Assembly: GCA_023247035.1 (NCBI GenBank)
Contig: JAHFHG010000007.1
Span: 1-61,950, forward strand
Length of the DNA: 61,950 nt
From: Candidatus Omnitrophota bacterium
GTDB taxonomy: Bacteria; Omnitrophota; Omnitrophia; Omnitrophales; Aquincolibacteriaceae
Direction of reading: 5' to 3'
The notes under the pieces are model-generated. The model saw nothing but the letters and a program-made list of their open reading frames with translations. It was not told the DNA's origin and did no database searches. Shown here piece by piece: positions 35,911-45,789 of this stretch. The position numbers and the translations under genes were made by a program. Each line of letters starts with the position of its first letter. Position 1 is the stretch's first letter.

Positions 35911-35938
35911 AGTATGCCAGAATTAAAAAGTGCGTCAA
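35911..35938 (-). promoter_or_regulatory. Possible internal promoter ahead of hisI-trpEGDCF
   Basis: Minus strand has TTGACG (35938-35933), a 16-nt spacer, then CATACT (35916-35911), inside the 110-nt hisF-hisI gap. The -10 element is weak. Confidence 0.25.
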
Positions 35939-35967
35939 GGAGATACACTAAGAAACCACGGAGCTTG

Positions 35968-36726
35968 TCAAAGGCGGACAGGGATGCCCTTTTGGCGGAG
36001 GTAAGTTTTGACTTCCGGTATCTTCAGGGCACCGAAGTGAAAAACCGAGGCTGCGAGACAGGCATCGGCGCGTGCATTTAAAAAAGCCTCAGCGAAATGT
36101 TCGCAGTTTCCGGCTCCTCCCGAGGCAATCACGGGGATTCTGACGGATTCGGACACCCGGCGCAAGAGTTCAAGATCGTAGCCGTTCTGAGCGCCGTCCC
36201 GATCCATACTGGTTAAAAGGATCTCGCCGGCCCCGAGTTTTTCCCCCTTTTTGGCCCACTCGACGGCCTCTAAATCCGTAACCTTTCTTCCCCCGTGGCT
36301 GTAAACCCTCCAAGAACCGTTTTTTTCGCTGCGGGCGTCGATCGCAAGCACAATACACTGGCTCCCGAACCGCCGGCTTGCCTTTTGGATCAGGCTGGGG
36401 GCCTCAATGGCCGCCGTATTGACCGATATTTTATCGCAGCCCGCCTTCAACAGTTCCCGGATCTCGGAAATTTCTTGGATGCCTCCCCCGACCGTGAACG
36501 GAATGTAAATAGATTCCGCCACCTTTTCAACGACTGAAATCATTGTTTTGCGCTTTTCATGCGAGGCGGTAATGTCCAGGAAAACAAGCTCGTCGGCGTT
36601 TTGGCGGTCATAACCTTTTGCGCATTCAACGGGATCTCCGGCGTCCTTTAAATTCAAGAATTGGATACCTTTGACGACGCGCCCATCCTTAACATCGAGG
36701 CAGGGAATGATTCGTTTGGTCAACAC
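35968..36726 (-). CDS. hisF: Imidazole glycerol phosphate synthase, cyclase subunit
   Basis: 252 aa with a [17 protein letters not shown] start and collinearity with the HisF barrel. Confidence 0.95.
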   Translation of the reverse strand: MLTKRIIPCLDVKDGRVVKGIQFLNLKDAGDPVECAKGYDRQNADELVFLDITASHEKRKTMISVVEKVAESIYIPFTVGGGIQEISEIRELLKAGCDKISVNTAAIEAPSLIQKASRRFGSQCIVLAIDARSEKNGSWRVYSHGGRKVTDLEAVEWAKKGEKLGAGEILLTSMDRDGAQNGYDLELLRRVSESVRIPVIASGGAGNCEHFAEAFLNARADACLAASVFHFGALKIPEVKTYLRQKGIPVRL

Positions 36727-36734
36727 GGCAGGCT

Positions 36735-37151
36735 TTAAGCCTCAAACATTTTCTTTTCGAGGAGCTCGCTTGAGCGTTTGAGAGTCAGCAAGGTGGCTTT
36801 CCCAAAGGCCTGCAAGTGCATCAGAATCGAAAGAATGAAGCTGGCCAAGGCCCCGATCAGAACACAGCGGTCGTCCAAACGAAACGGGAGAAGATCGCTG
36901 CGCCAGAAAAGGATCAAAAGGCAAAGGGGGATTAAAAAAAAGAGCCAGCCCCAAAAAGAATGCTGGAGGTATACTTTTTTGACTTCGTGCTGAAACTCGC
37001 GGCTGAGCTTTTTGAGATGACGGGCCAAGGGCCTGATAAACCAGCTCCTGACCAGAAGCCCGGAGAGAAGATAAAGAATTCCGATCAGGGTCCAGGACCA
37101 CGTGCGTTCGGCCAGAATACTGTCCCAATAAGGCTTAAGAGAGTAAATCAT
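36735..37151 (-). CDS. Hypothetical small membrane protein embedded in the his operon
   Basis: 138 aa. ATGA overlap with the hisA stop, and its stop lies 8 nt before the hisF start. Three hydrophobic helices ([47 protein letters not shown]). No family recognised. Confidence 0.5.
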   Translation of the reverse strand: MIYSLKPYWDSILAERTWSWTLIGILYLLSGLLVRSWFIRPLARHLKKLSREFQHEVKKVYLQHSFWGWLFFLIPLCLLILFWRSDLLPFRLDDRCVLIGALASFILSILMHLQAFGKATLLTLKRSSELLEKKMFEA

Positions 37152-37882
37152 GAACGGGATAACAGGAGCGCGTCGGGCAGGCTGAATTTTTTCTCATAAA
37201 GGGCCTTGCCGATGATCACTCCGTCAAAATTGTTGTTTGAAATTTTTTGGCACTGCTGAAGGTCTTCCAGCGAACCGATCCCGCCTGATAAAATGACGCG
37301 CGCGCGGGTCGCCTGAAGGATCTTTTCAAGCTGGTTGAAATTGGGCCCTGTGAGCATTCCATCTTTTTGAATATCCGTATAGATCATCGTTTGAATGGGA
37401 AAATTATTGAGCGAATTAAGAGCCTCTTCAATCGAGACGTCCGAGGCCTCAAGCCAGCCTTGAGTTTGAATTCTCCCTTCCCGCATATCGAGCGCGACCG
37501 CGATTTGCTTTCCAAAACGCCCGAGGGCTTGGCGACAAAATTCCGGATCCAGGGCTTTCGTTCCCAAGACAACCCGGTTGATCCCGCTTTCCAAGACGTT
37601 TTCGATTTCCTCGATCGTTCTCAGCCCTCCCCCGAACTGGATAGAGCACGAAACCGCTTTGCGTATTTCCAGCACTTTCGGGAAATTTTTAAGCGTTCCC
37701 GTCTTTGCGCCTTCCAAGTCTACAAGATGGAGCCATTCCGCGCCCGCCTCGCACCATTGCCTGGCAACCGCCGCCGGCTCTTTCGAGTATACGGTCAGCT
37801 TCTCGAAGCAGCCTTTTTCCAGGCGGACCACTTTGCCCTCATAAAGGTCAATCGCCGGATAAATAACCATTTCGGTCACCAA
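37148..37882 (-). CDS. hisA: ProFAR isomerase
   Basis: 244 aa with IYPAIDLYEGKVVRL, FGGGLRT and SGGIGS motifs. Confidence 0.9.
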   Translation of the reverse strand: MVTEMVIYPAIDLYEGKVVRLEKGCFEKLTVYSKEPAAVARQWCEAGAEWLHLVDLEGAKTGTLKNFPKVLEIRKAVSCSIQFGGGLRTIEEIENVLESGINRVVLGTKALDPEFCRQALGRFGKQIAVALDMREGRIQTQGWLEASDVSIEEALNSLNNFPIQTMIYTDIQKDGMLTGPNFNQLEKILQATRARVILSGGIGSLEDLQQCQKISNNNFDGVIIGKALYEKKFSLPDALLLSRS

Positions 37883-38481
37883 CGGACAAAATTGCTTAGG
37901 ATTTGCAATCCGAGATTCTGGCTCTTCTCCGGGTGAAACTGAACTGCAAATAAAGTTTCAGCCGCTAGAATGCTCGGGAAAGTTTCCTGGCCGTATTGAG
38001 TCCGGCCGCACACCATTTTGGGGTCGTCCGGCGCGGCGTAATACGAGTGGACGAAATAAAAAAAATTTTCTTCCGAGATTCCCGACGTCAAAGGATGAGG
38101 GGCCATTATTTCAACGCGGTTCCAGCCCATGTGCGGGATCTTGATCCCCGGAGAAGAAAAAGCGCGGACGGTTCCTTTCAATATCCCCAATCCTTCAATC
38201 CCCGGCGATTCCTCGCTTGAATCGAAAAGAAGCTGAAGGCCCAGGCAGATGCCAAGAAAAGGTTTCTTCCGGAGAATAAAATCCCTGATCGGCTCACAAA
38301 GCGAGCGCGTCTTGAGCTCCGTCACGGCATCCCCGAAGGCCCCGACGCCGGGCAAGACGAGTTTGCCGGCGGATTCAATTTCAGAAGGGCTGCTTGAGAC
38401 TTTTACTTTGCCGCCAAGAAGTTCCAAGGCCTTGGACACGCTCCGCAAATTGCCCATTCCATAATCAACAATGACAATCAT
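37876..38481 (-). CDS. hisH: Imidazole glycerol phosphate synthase, glutaminase subunit
   Basis: 201 aa with a MIVIVDYGMGNLRSV start, the catalytic Cys in GICLGLQLL, and QFHPEKS. Confidence 0.92.
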   Translation of the reverse strand: MIVIVDYGMGNLRSVSKALELLGGKVKVSSSPSEIESAGKLVLPGVGAFGDAVTELKTRSLCEPIRDFILRKKPFLGICLGLQLLFDSSEESPGIEGLGILKGTVRAFSSPGIKIPHMGWNRVEIMAPHPLTSGISEENFFYFVHSYYAAPDDPKMVCGRTQYGQETFPSILAAETLFAVQFHPEKSQNLGLQILSNFVRW

Positions 38482-38488
38482 CTGAAGC

Positions 38489-39100
38489 CTAAAGAGATCC
38501 CTTGGTGGAAGGGATTCCGCGGACCCTGGGATCGATCTGCGTTGCCCTATCGAGGGCCTTTGCCAGAGCTTTAAAGATTCCTTCGATAATGTGGTGGGAG
38601 TCCTCCCCTGAGAGCACTTCCACGTGCATATTGATTCCCGCGTGCTGGCAGAAGGCCTTTAAGAATTCCATCGCGTCGTGGAAGGAATAATTTTCAAGAC
38701 GGGAAAACTTCACGCCTTTTGTCTTTGCAATATGAAGGGACGGACGGCCGGAAATATCCAGCGTGAGGCGGATAAGGACCTCGTCCATCGGAATGCTGGC
38801 AAAACCGTAGCGGCGGATGCCCGCTTTAGTGCCCAGCGCCTGAATAAGCGCTTGTCCCAGCGTAATTCCGACATCTTCGTTGGTGTGGTGAATGTCGACG
38901 TGCAAGTCCCCTCGGGCCTCAATTTTCAGGTCAAAGAGCCCGTGTTTGGCCAGTAAGGTCAGCATATGATCTAAAAACGGCATTCCGGTGTTGATTTGGG
39001 AACTCCCCTGCCCGTCCACCGCGAGCTGGATTTTAATATCCGTTTCCGAGGTCTTTCGTTTTACGGCGGCTTGTCTGGTATTCTTTGATTTTCGGATCAT
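38489..39100 (-). CDS. hisB: Imidazoleglycerol-phosphate dehydratase
   Basis: 203 aa with the two metal-binding blocks HVDIHHTNED and DSHHIIEG. Confidence 0.92.
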   Translation of the reverse strand: MIRKSKNTRQAAVKRKTSETDIKIQLAVDGQGSSQINTGMPFLDHMLTLLAKHGLFDLKIEARGDLHVDIHHTNEDVGITLGQALIQALGTKAGIRRYGFASIPMDEVLIRLTLDISGRPSLHIAKTKGVKFSRLENYSFHDAMEFLKAFCQHAGINMHVEVLSGEDSHHIIEGIFKALAKALDRATQIDPRVRGIPSTKGSL

Positions 39101-39120
39101 TTCATTTCTCCCGGCAGAAC

Positions 39121-40413
39121 CTAACCTGATTCCGGCTCCCCTGTCTCTTGCAATTTGTTTTTTGTTTCCTCTTTGTCTTCCTGTTTTTTTTCTATAAATC
39201 GGGCTTCCAAAGAAATCCGGTGAAGCACAAGGCCTTCCATTTCCGTTAATTTTTGGACGTAGTCCCGCGATTTGAAAAGGGCTTCGCGTCCATAAGAAAT
39301 AATCTGAGAGCTTTTGATAAAAGTAGAAGCGCTCAGAGGGGAAAAATAGCGCGCCGTTCCGCCGGTCGGCAGGACGTGGCTCGGCCCGGCAATGTAATCT
39401 CCGATCACGGCCGGCGAATAGGGCCCTAAAAAAATCGCGCCGGCGTGCCGGATATTCTTGACCAGCTTTTCCGGCTCTTCCGTAAGGATTTCAAGATGCT
39501 CCGGCGCAATTTCGTTGACGACTTCACAGGCCTCCGCAAGAGACTTCACTTGAATCACAAAGCCGCTGTCGACCCGTTTGCGAATCGCCTCGATCAATTT
39601 TTTCGAGTGGGTCACAAGGTAGGCCGTGCCTCCAAAATGTTCGGCCTGGGCCAGAAGATCGCACGTCACGTAATCGGGATCCGCCAGGGAGTCGGCGATA
39701 ATGGCTACCTCGCTGGGGCCCGCGACCATATCAATGTCGACGAAACCGTAAACCTGGCGTTTTGCTTCCGTCACGTAAGGGTTGCCGGGGCCGACGATTT
39801 TATCCACCTTGCGGAGCGTCCTTGTGCCGAACGCCATTGCAGCGACGGCCTGCGCGCCTCCGATCCGGTAAATCTCGCTGACGCCCAGCAAATTGGCTAC
39901 CGCCAGAATATGAGGATCGATCTCGCCCGTTTCCCGGTTGGGGGGCGTCGTGATAATAATTTCTTTTACGCCGGCGACCTTGGCCGGAATCACGCTCATA
40001 TAAACGGTTGAAACGAGAGGGGCTGTCCCGCCGGGAATATAAACTCCCACCCTCTCCAAAGGCTGATATTTTTTAGCAAGATAAACGCCGTCACGGCGGA
40101 TCTCAAAAGACCGTTTCAGCTCTTTTTCATAGTATTCTTTGACGTTATCCGTGATACGCTTCAGGATCGGGACAAAAGAAACATTGATTTTTTCAAAGGC
40201 GCGGTTGATATCCCCCTGTGATACGCGAAGACGCTTGAGCGGCAGATCAATTCCGTCAAATTGGCGCGTGTAGCGGCGGACCGCCAAATCCCCGCGCTGA
40301 CGGACCTCCGCCAAAATGCGGTTGACCTTTTTAAAGATATTCTTGTCGAAGACGTGGCTGTAATCCCTTTGAAGCCTTTTTTGGGTCTGCTTATCCCAAT
40401 TCAGGACCTGCAT
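39121..40413 (-). CDS. hisD: Histidinol dehydrogenase
   Basis: 430 aa with IVGPGNPYVTEAK, LLAQAEH and GDYIAGPSHVLPT blocks, plus a ~25-aa acidic/lysine-rich C-terminal tail. Confidence 0.93.
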   Translation of the reverse strand: MQVLNWDKQTQKRLQRDYSHVFDKNIFKKVNRILAEVRQRGDLAVRRYTRQFDGIDLPLKRLRVSQGDINRAFEKINVSFVPILKRITDNVKEYYEKELKRSFEIRRDGVYLAKKYQPLERVGVYIPGGTAPLVSTVYMSVIPAKVAGVKEIIITTPPNRETGEIDPHILAVANLLGVSEIYRIGGAQAVAAMAFGTRTLRKVDKIVGPGNPYVTEAKRQVYGFVDIDMVAGPSEVAIIADSLADPDYVTCDLLAQAEHFGGTAYLVTHSKKLIEAIRKRVDSGFVIQVKSLAEACEVVNEIAPEHLEILTEEPEKLVKNIRHAGAIFLGPYSPAVIGDYIAGPSHVLPTGGTARYFSPLSASTFIKSSQIISYGREALFKSRDYVQKLTEMEGLVLHRISLEARFIEKKQEDKEETKNKLQETGEPESG

Positions 40414-43043
40414 GGGCCGGCAACCTTTTCTCGCACATAATCAGAGATTTCCTGAATTATCGGGTCCCAATTCCGGTGGAACTGGCCTTGATTGGGCGCG
40501 CCGCCTTGAATAAAATCCGCCCTTCCGCCGCTATTGCCTTGGAGGCGCGAGGAGATGGCTTTCGCTAAATCCCGCAAGTCGACGTTTGTTTTTACAAGAT
40601 CGCGGCTCACGCCGAGGACAAAATAAATTTTATCCGTGTTCTCGGAAGCCAAAAAATAGACCGTCTTCAGCATTTTGGATCTCAATTCATCCGATCGTTT
40701 TCTTAAAAGATCAACGCTAAGCTCTTCATAGGCATTTCCGTAAAGTTTAAAGCCGGCATTGATTTCGACCTGTCTTTCAAACTGCGACGGCGTCTCGGAT
40801 TGCCCTGACGAAGAGGGCTTGGACTGCAGTTTTTCCAGCCGCTTGATCGTTTCCTGAAGTTTAGAGATTCGTTCCGCAAGTTTATCAGGAGTGGTCTTCA
40901 GGGCGCGGGAAAAATCCTGAACCTGGTTCTTCAAATTCCGGGTATAGGAAAGGACGCCTTCGCCGGTTAAGGCTTCAATTCGGCGCGCGCCGCTTCCGAT
41001 AGACGATTCACTCACAATGAGAAAGGAGCCGATCTGACCGGTCCGGTCGCAGTGCGTGCCGCCGCATAATTCCTTGCTGAAATCCGCGACGCTGATGACC
41101 CTTACTTTTGGGCCATATTTCTCTCCGAAAAATGCGACGGCTCCTTCTTTTTTCGCCATCTCCAGGGTCTTTTCTTCTTTGGAGACCGGGCTGTCGCAAA
41201 GAATCTGCTCATTGACCCTATCTTCGATCTGACTGACCTGCTTCGGGGTTAACGCTTGAGCAAACGAAAAATCAAATCGCAGCCGGTCCGGAGCCACCAG
41301 CGATCCTAATTGCCTGACCTGATTGCCAAGTATCTGGCGGAGTGCGGAGTGGAGCAGATGGGTCGCCGTGTGATTTCTCATTGCGTTTTCCCGCCGCTTG
41401 CGGTCCACCTCGGAAGCGACTTCATCGCCCACCGAGATTTTTCCGCTTTCAAGCTCCACATAGTGAAGGCAAAGCCTGTCCTTTTTTTGAGTATCCGCAA
41501 CCCGGGCCCGTCCGCGCGGGCTTTGAAGAATCCCCTGGTCCCCGACTTGACCGCCGCTTTCCCCGTAAAAAGGTGTGGCATCGAGCACGAGCACGCCGTT
41601 TTTACCTGAGAACTCGGCGAAAATGACTTTGGATTGGGCCGCCAGGGTTTCATAGCCCAAGAATTTCGTCGGAGGAAGGCCCGATAGTTTTTTCTCCAGT
41701 TCCGAGGCCGTGAAAATCGCCCCGGAAATCCGGCTTCCTTTCTTGGCCCGCTGCCGCTGCTTTTCCATAAGCCGGTTAAAGATTTCCTGGTCGATTTCCA
41801 GGCCGCGGGATTCGGCAATATTTTTTGTCAGTTCGTCCGGAAACCCATAAGTATCGTAAAGTTCGAAGGCGATTTCGCCGCTTATTTTTTTTTCCTTTCG
41901 CTGCGCCATCGCCGAGATTCGCTCGTTAAGGATGCGAAGGCCGGCCTCCAGAGTATCCAGAAACCGCGCCTCCTCCGCTTTTAAAGTTTGCACAATGCTT
42001 TGCGCGGCTTCCCGGAGCTCGGGATACGGCTGGGCCATCGTTTCCACCACCGAAGGAGCCACAGCATATAAAAAGGGGGCTTCCAGCTCGTGATTCGCCG
42101 TGATTTGGCGGCCGTGCCACAAGGCCTTCCGGATGAGCTTGCGGATAACGTAACCGCGCCCTTCATTGGAAGGAAAAATCCCATCCGACATTGAAAAAAC
42201 AACCGCCCGGACATGATCGCTGATAGCATAAATCCTTCTCCGGGTTGTTTCATCGATTGGGTTTAGGTTCAAATTTTTTTTAACCGCTTCGTGGATAGGC
42301 TGGAAAATATCAATTTCATAATTTGTTTTCCGGCCTTGCAGGACACAGGCCAAGCGCTCCAAACCCATTCCCGTGTCAATATTTTTTTGGGAAAGCGGCG
42401 CTAAAACTCCGCCCTCCCGGCGGTCGAATTGGGTAAAGACCAGGTTCCAGATTTCCGCAAACCGTCCGCTTGTGTCTTCAATCGAGCCGCTCAACGGATC
42501 ATCAGGGGCCTGGTCATAGTAGATTTCCGAACAGGGGCCGCACGGGCCGTTTGGGCCTTTTTTAGGCGCTTCCGAGGGCCAGAAATTTGAGGAATCGCCC
42601 AGAGGATAAATCCAGTCGGCCCTGAAGCCGATTTCATCCCGCCAGATTTTATAGGATTCCTGATCCTCTTTGTGGACGCTCACGCGGAGGCGTTTTTGCG
42701 AAATTTTCAGGACGTCGGTTAAGAATTCCCAAGCCCAAAAAATGGCTTCCCGTTTGAAGTAATCCCCGAAAGAAAAATTTCCCAGCATTTCGAAAAAGGA
42801 GTGGTGGTAAGCGGTCTTTCCGACTTCATCGAGGTCGGCCGTGCGCAAACACTTCTGGCAACTTGCCGCGCGCTTTAAGTCCTTTTTGATCCCCAGAAAA
42901 TATTCCTTGAATTGATTCATGCCCGCTCCCGTGAAAAGCAGCGTGGGGTCATTTTGCGGAGCCAGCGAGTCGCTCGGCACAAGCCGATGTTCTTTGGCCC
43001 GGAAGAACTCAAGAAAAATGCTGCGGATTTGGTCGGTTTTCAT
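40401..43043 (-). CDS. alaS: Alanine--tRNA ligase
   Basis: Start trimmed from 43208 to ATG 43043 (MKTDQIRSIFLEFF). Has HHSFFEMLGNFSFGDYFK, and the editing-domain motifs HTATHLLH and CGGTH. Confidence 0.95.
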   Translation of the reverse strand: MKTDQIRSIFLEFFRAKEHRLVPSDSLAPQNDPTLLFTGAGMNQFKEYFLGIKKDLKRAASCQKCLRTADLDEVGKTAYHHSFFEMLGNFSFGDYFKREAIFWAWEFLTDVLKISQKRLRVSVHKEDQESYKIWRDEIGFRADWIYPLGDSSNFWPSEAPKKGPNGPCGPCSEIYYDQAPDDPLSGSIEDTSGRFAEIWNLVFTQFDRREGGVLAPLSQKNIDTGMGLERLACVLQGRKTNYEIDIFQPIHEAVKKNLNLNPIDETTRRRIYAISDHVRAVVFSMSDGIFPSNEGRGYVIRKLIRKALWHGRQITANHELEAPFLYAVAPSVVETMAQPYPELREAAQSIVQTLKAEEARFLDTLEAGLRILNERISAMAQRKEKKISGEIAFELYDTYGFPDELTKNIAESRGLEIDQEIFNRLMEKQRQRAKKGSRISGAIFTASELEKKLSGLPPTKFLGYETLAAQSKVIFAEFSGKNGVLVLDATPFYGESGGQVGDQGILQSPRGRARVADTQKKDRLCLHYVELESGKISVGDEVASEVDRKRRENAMRNHTATHLLHSALRQILGNQVRQLGSLVAPDRLRFDFSFAQALTPKQVSQIEDRVNEQILCDSPVSKEEKTLEMAKKEGAVAFFGEKYGPKVRVISVADFSKELCGGTHCDRTGQIGSFLIVSESSIGSGARRIEALTGEGVLSYTRNLKNQVQDFSRALKTTPDKLAERISKLQETIKRLEKLQSKPSSSGQSETPSQFERQVEINAGFKLYGNAYEELSVDLLRKRSDELRSKMLKTVYFLASENTDKIYFVLGVSRDLVKTNVDLRDLAKAISSRLQGNSGGRADFIQGGAPNQGQFHRNWDPIIQEISDYVREKVAGPCRS

Positions 43044-43512
43044 CGGTTTCCAGGCTTCGCATTTCTTCGATAAGATCCCGCGCGACTTGGAATTCAAAAC
43101 CGCGGCGGATGAGGTAATCGTAGGTCCTCTTTTTTCTCTTTTCCAGGGGAAGGTTTTTAAACCTTTCCCAGCGCTCTTGAGCCAGCTCCCGCGCCTTCGC
43201 CCTTTCACCGTCCGGGCTTAATCCTGCCAAGATTTCTTCCCGGATCGGGGCCGGAACTTTATGCCGCTTCAATTCAAAATCAATTTTATGGCGGCCTGAA
43301 GGACGCTCAACCGTCAGCCGCGAGGCAAGATTTTTCGCATAAGCCGCGTCATTGAGAAATCCCTGTTTTTTTAAGTCCTGAAGCGTATCCAGAATGACGG
43401 CGGGTGAAAATCCTTTTTCTTGCAGCTTCCCTTCCAGTTCCTTGCTGCTCTTGGCGGTCGCAGTCAAAAGCCTTAAAGCAACAATCAGCGCCTGTTTCTT
43501 CTGCGATTCCAT
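43009..43512 (-). CDS. recX: RecA regulator RecX
   Basis: 167 aa of helical repeats. It sits between recA and alaS, as in E. coli. Confidence 0.85.
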   Translation of the reverse strand: MESQKKQALIVALRLLTATAKSSKELEGKLQEKGFSPAVILDTLQDLKKQGFLNDAAYAKNLASRLTVERPSGRHKIDFELKRHKVPAPIREEILAGLSPDGERAKARELAQERWERFKNLPLEKRKKRTYDYLIRRGFEFQVARDLIEEMRSLETDENRPNPQHFS

Positions 43513-43635
43513 AATCGAATCAATGGCAATTGAATCGTTGCGGGTTAAGACCAGAAAATAATTAGGATTTTGCTTGGCCGGTCAGCCGCAGGGCATCGTG
43601 CCGAGCTTTCCTCTAACATCTATAGTGTCGGAGGA

Positions 43636-44751
43636 CTAGCCTTCGCCGCCCTGATGCGCGCCCGAAGCCGTAAGGGCCGTTCCTTCCTGGAGCATCTTGC
43701 TTTTGACTTTATTTTCGATTTCTTCAAGAAGGAGCGGGTTTTCTTTTAAGAACATCCGCGCCGCGTCACGCCCCTGGCCGATTTTCTCATTGTTATAAAG
43801 GAGCCAGGAACCTGATTTGTCGACGACTTGATACTGGGTCGCAAGATCGATAATACTGGAAGAACGGGAGATGCCTTCATCAAACAGAATGTCAAATTCA
43901 GCTTGCTTAAAAGGCGCCGCGACTTTATTTTTTACGATTTTGACGCGGACCCGGTTCCCGATAATCTCGTCCCCTTTCTTGAGGCTGGCGATCCGCCGGA
44001 TGTCAAAGCGCATCGAGGCGTAAAATTTTAGAGCCTTCCCGCCCGGCGTTGTTTCAGGATTGCCGAACATAACGCCTATTTTTTCACGAATCTGATTAAT
44101 GAAAATGAGGCAGGTTTTCGAGCGGTTGATAATCGCCGTCAACTTCCGCAGCGCCTGCGACATCAGACGTGCCTGGAGTCCCATGTGAGAATCCCCCATT
44201 TCGCCTTCAATCTCGGCGCGGGGAACCAGGGCTGCGACCGAATCAATGACGATTAAATCCACGGCATTCGAGCGGACCAGCATTTCTGCAATCTGAAGCG
44301 CCTGCTCTCCGGAATCCGGCTGTGAAATCAAAAGATCATTGAGCTTGACTCCGATTTTCTGCGCGTAGGCGGGATCCAAGGCGTGTTCGGCGTCAATAAA
44401 CGCGGCGATTCCGCCTTGCGCCTGCACGCGCGATATAATGCTTAACGTAAGGGTTGTTTTTCCGCTGGATTCAGGGCCGAAAATTTCAACGACCCGCCCT
44501 CGCGGAACACCGCCGATTCCTGAGGAAATATCCAAACTCAAAGCCCCTGTCGAAATGGCCGAGACGTTTTCTAAACGGTTTTCGCCCATTTTCATAATGG
44601 ATCCCTTCCCAAATTGTTTTTCAATCTGGAGAAGAGCCAATTCGAGGGCTTTTTGTTTTTCCGCGCTTAATTTTTCAGATTTTTTAGCCGGGATAAGATT
44701 TTTTTCAGCGGGTTTGGGTATTTCTAGTTCCGCTTTCTTTTTTTCACTCAT
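43636..44751 (-). CDS. recA: Recombinase RecA
   Basis: 371 aa with Walker [10 protein letters not shown] and [11 protein letters not shown] ~30-aa Lys-rich N-terminal extension precedes [20 protein letters not shown]. Confidence 0.97.
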   Translation of the reverse strand: MSEKKKAELEIPKPAEKNLIPAKKSEKLSAEKQKALELALLQIEKQFGKGSIMKMGENRLENVSAISTGALSLDISSGIGGVPRGRVVEIFGPESSGKTTLTLSIISRVQAQGGIAAFIDAEHALDPAYAQKIGVKLNDLLISQPDSGEQALQIAEMLVRSNAVDLIVIDSVAALVPRAEIEGEMGDSHMGLQARLMSQALRKLTAIINRSKTCLIFINQIREKIGVMFGNPETTPGGKALKFYASMRFDIRRIASLKKGDEIIGNRVRVKIVKNKVAAPFKQAEFDILFDEGISRSSSIIDLATQYQVVDKSGSWLLYNNEKIGQGRDAARMFLKENPLLLEEIENKVKSKMLQEGTALTASGAHQGGEG

Positions 44752-44781
44752 CAGAGTCTCCTTGAATTTTGGACATTCTAC

Positions 44782-45099
44782 TCACTTCACGGGGCGCTGT
44801 AAAGGCTTGTTGAACCGTTCCGCTTGTTTCCAGTGGCCGGAAGGCGCCTGGCTGCTTCTGTTTTTAAGATCGGCCGCGGCCTTGGCCAGTTGCTCGATTC
44901 CGGAGCGGAATTCCGGGAGATGCTCGAGTTCGAAGGATATCCCCTTCCGACTGGGCAGGAAGTTCTTGTCCGGCTCCTGCTGGAACCACAGCCTTAAGTC
45001 CACATAAAATTTGCCTTTGAATTTGCGCAATGCGACTTGGATCTTTTCTCCCGGCTTTTTGACAAACGAGTGCACAAAATGATTTTCTGAGCTGTTCAT
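44782..45099 (-). CDS. PC4/YdbC-like single-stranded DNA-binding protein
   Basis: Start trimmed to ATG 45099, with GAGGAG 8 nt upstream. The sequence KFKGKFYVDLRLWFQQEPDKNFLPSRKGISFELEHLPEF fits the bacterial PC4-like pattern (kGk.y.D.R.w......PtkKGIs), from memory. Confidence 0.55.
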   Translation of the reverse strand: MNSSENHFVHSFVKKPGEKIQVALRKFKGKFYVDLRLWFQQEPDKNFLPSRKGISFELEHLPEFRSGIEQLAKAAADLKNRSSQAPSGHWKQAERFNKPLQRPVK

Positions 45100-45183
45100 T
45101 AAAAATACTCCTCTGTGGGAGGCGGCCGGCGGCAAGATAAGATATCATATTATCCTGATAAATCAAATAAAAATTTATTTAAA

Positions 45184-45789
45184 TTAAAAAATACGGGTTT
45201 CTTCGTTTCTCAGCAGGCGGGCGATATTTCCCCGATGCGTAAAAAGGATAAAGAGGGATAAGAAGAGACTTACCGAAAAATAAAGTAACCCGCTCGGCGA
45301 ATTCCTCTCAAAAAAATAGACAAGGAACGGAAATATTGCAGCGGCGGACAAGGAGGCAATTGAGATAATGCGCGTTAGGATAAAAACCAAGATCCAAAAG
45401 AGAAAGGCAAGCAAGGTCGGGATAAAGAGAATTCCCAAAAATACGCCAAAGGAGGTCGCCACACCTTTCCCGCCCTTAAAGGAGAGCCAAATCGAAAAGC
45501 TGTGTCCCAGAATCGCGCTAAGGCCCAGGGCCAGCAGCCAAATAACCGGCGGCGGGGTCAGCTTAAAGAAAATAACCGGCAATTGAGGGGCCAAATATCC
45601 TTTTAAAACATCCAGGAGCAAAGCAAGGATTCCCCACTTTTTTCCGATAACGCGAAACACATTAGTGGCGCCGATATTTCCGCTTCCGAATTTACGGATA
45701 TCAATTCCTTTCACAAGGCGGCCAAGGATCAAGCCGAAAGGGATTGATCCCAGCAGATAGGAACCCAATAGGCATAACAGGAATTTCAT
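45184..45789 (-). CDS. plsY: Glycerol-3-phosphate acyltransferase PlsY
   Basis: Start trimmed from 45951 to ATG 45789 (MKFLLCLLGSYLLGSIPFG), an ATGA overlap with the pgsA stop. Has the SGNIGATNVFR motif. Confidence 0.9.
   Translation of the reverse strand: MKFLLCLLGSYLLGSIPFGLILGRLVKGIDIRKFGSGNIGATNVFRVIGKKWGILALLLDVLKGYLAPQLPVIFFKLTPPPVIWLLALGLSAILGHSFSIWLSFKGGKGVATSFGVFLGILFIPTLLAFLFWILVFILTRIISIASLSAAAIFPFLVYFFERNSPSGLLYFSVSLFLSLFILFTHRGNIARLLRNEETRIF

Noticed and set aside
36742-37128. An alternative-frame 128-aa ORF on the same strand inside the small membrane-protein gene of the his operon. I considered it as a possible overlapping gene.
   Set aside because: Its composition is Arg/Pro/Ser/Gly-rich and it has no start context. 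The other frame gives clean hydrophobic helices and translational coupling with hisA.
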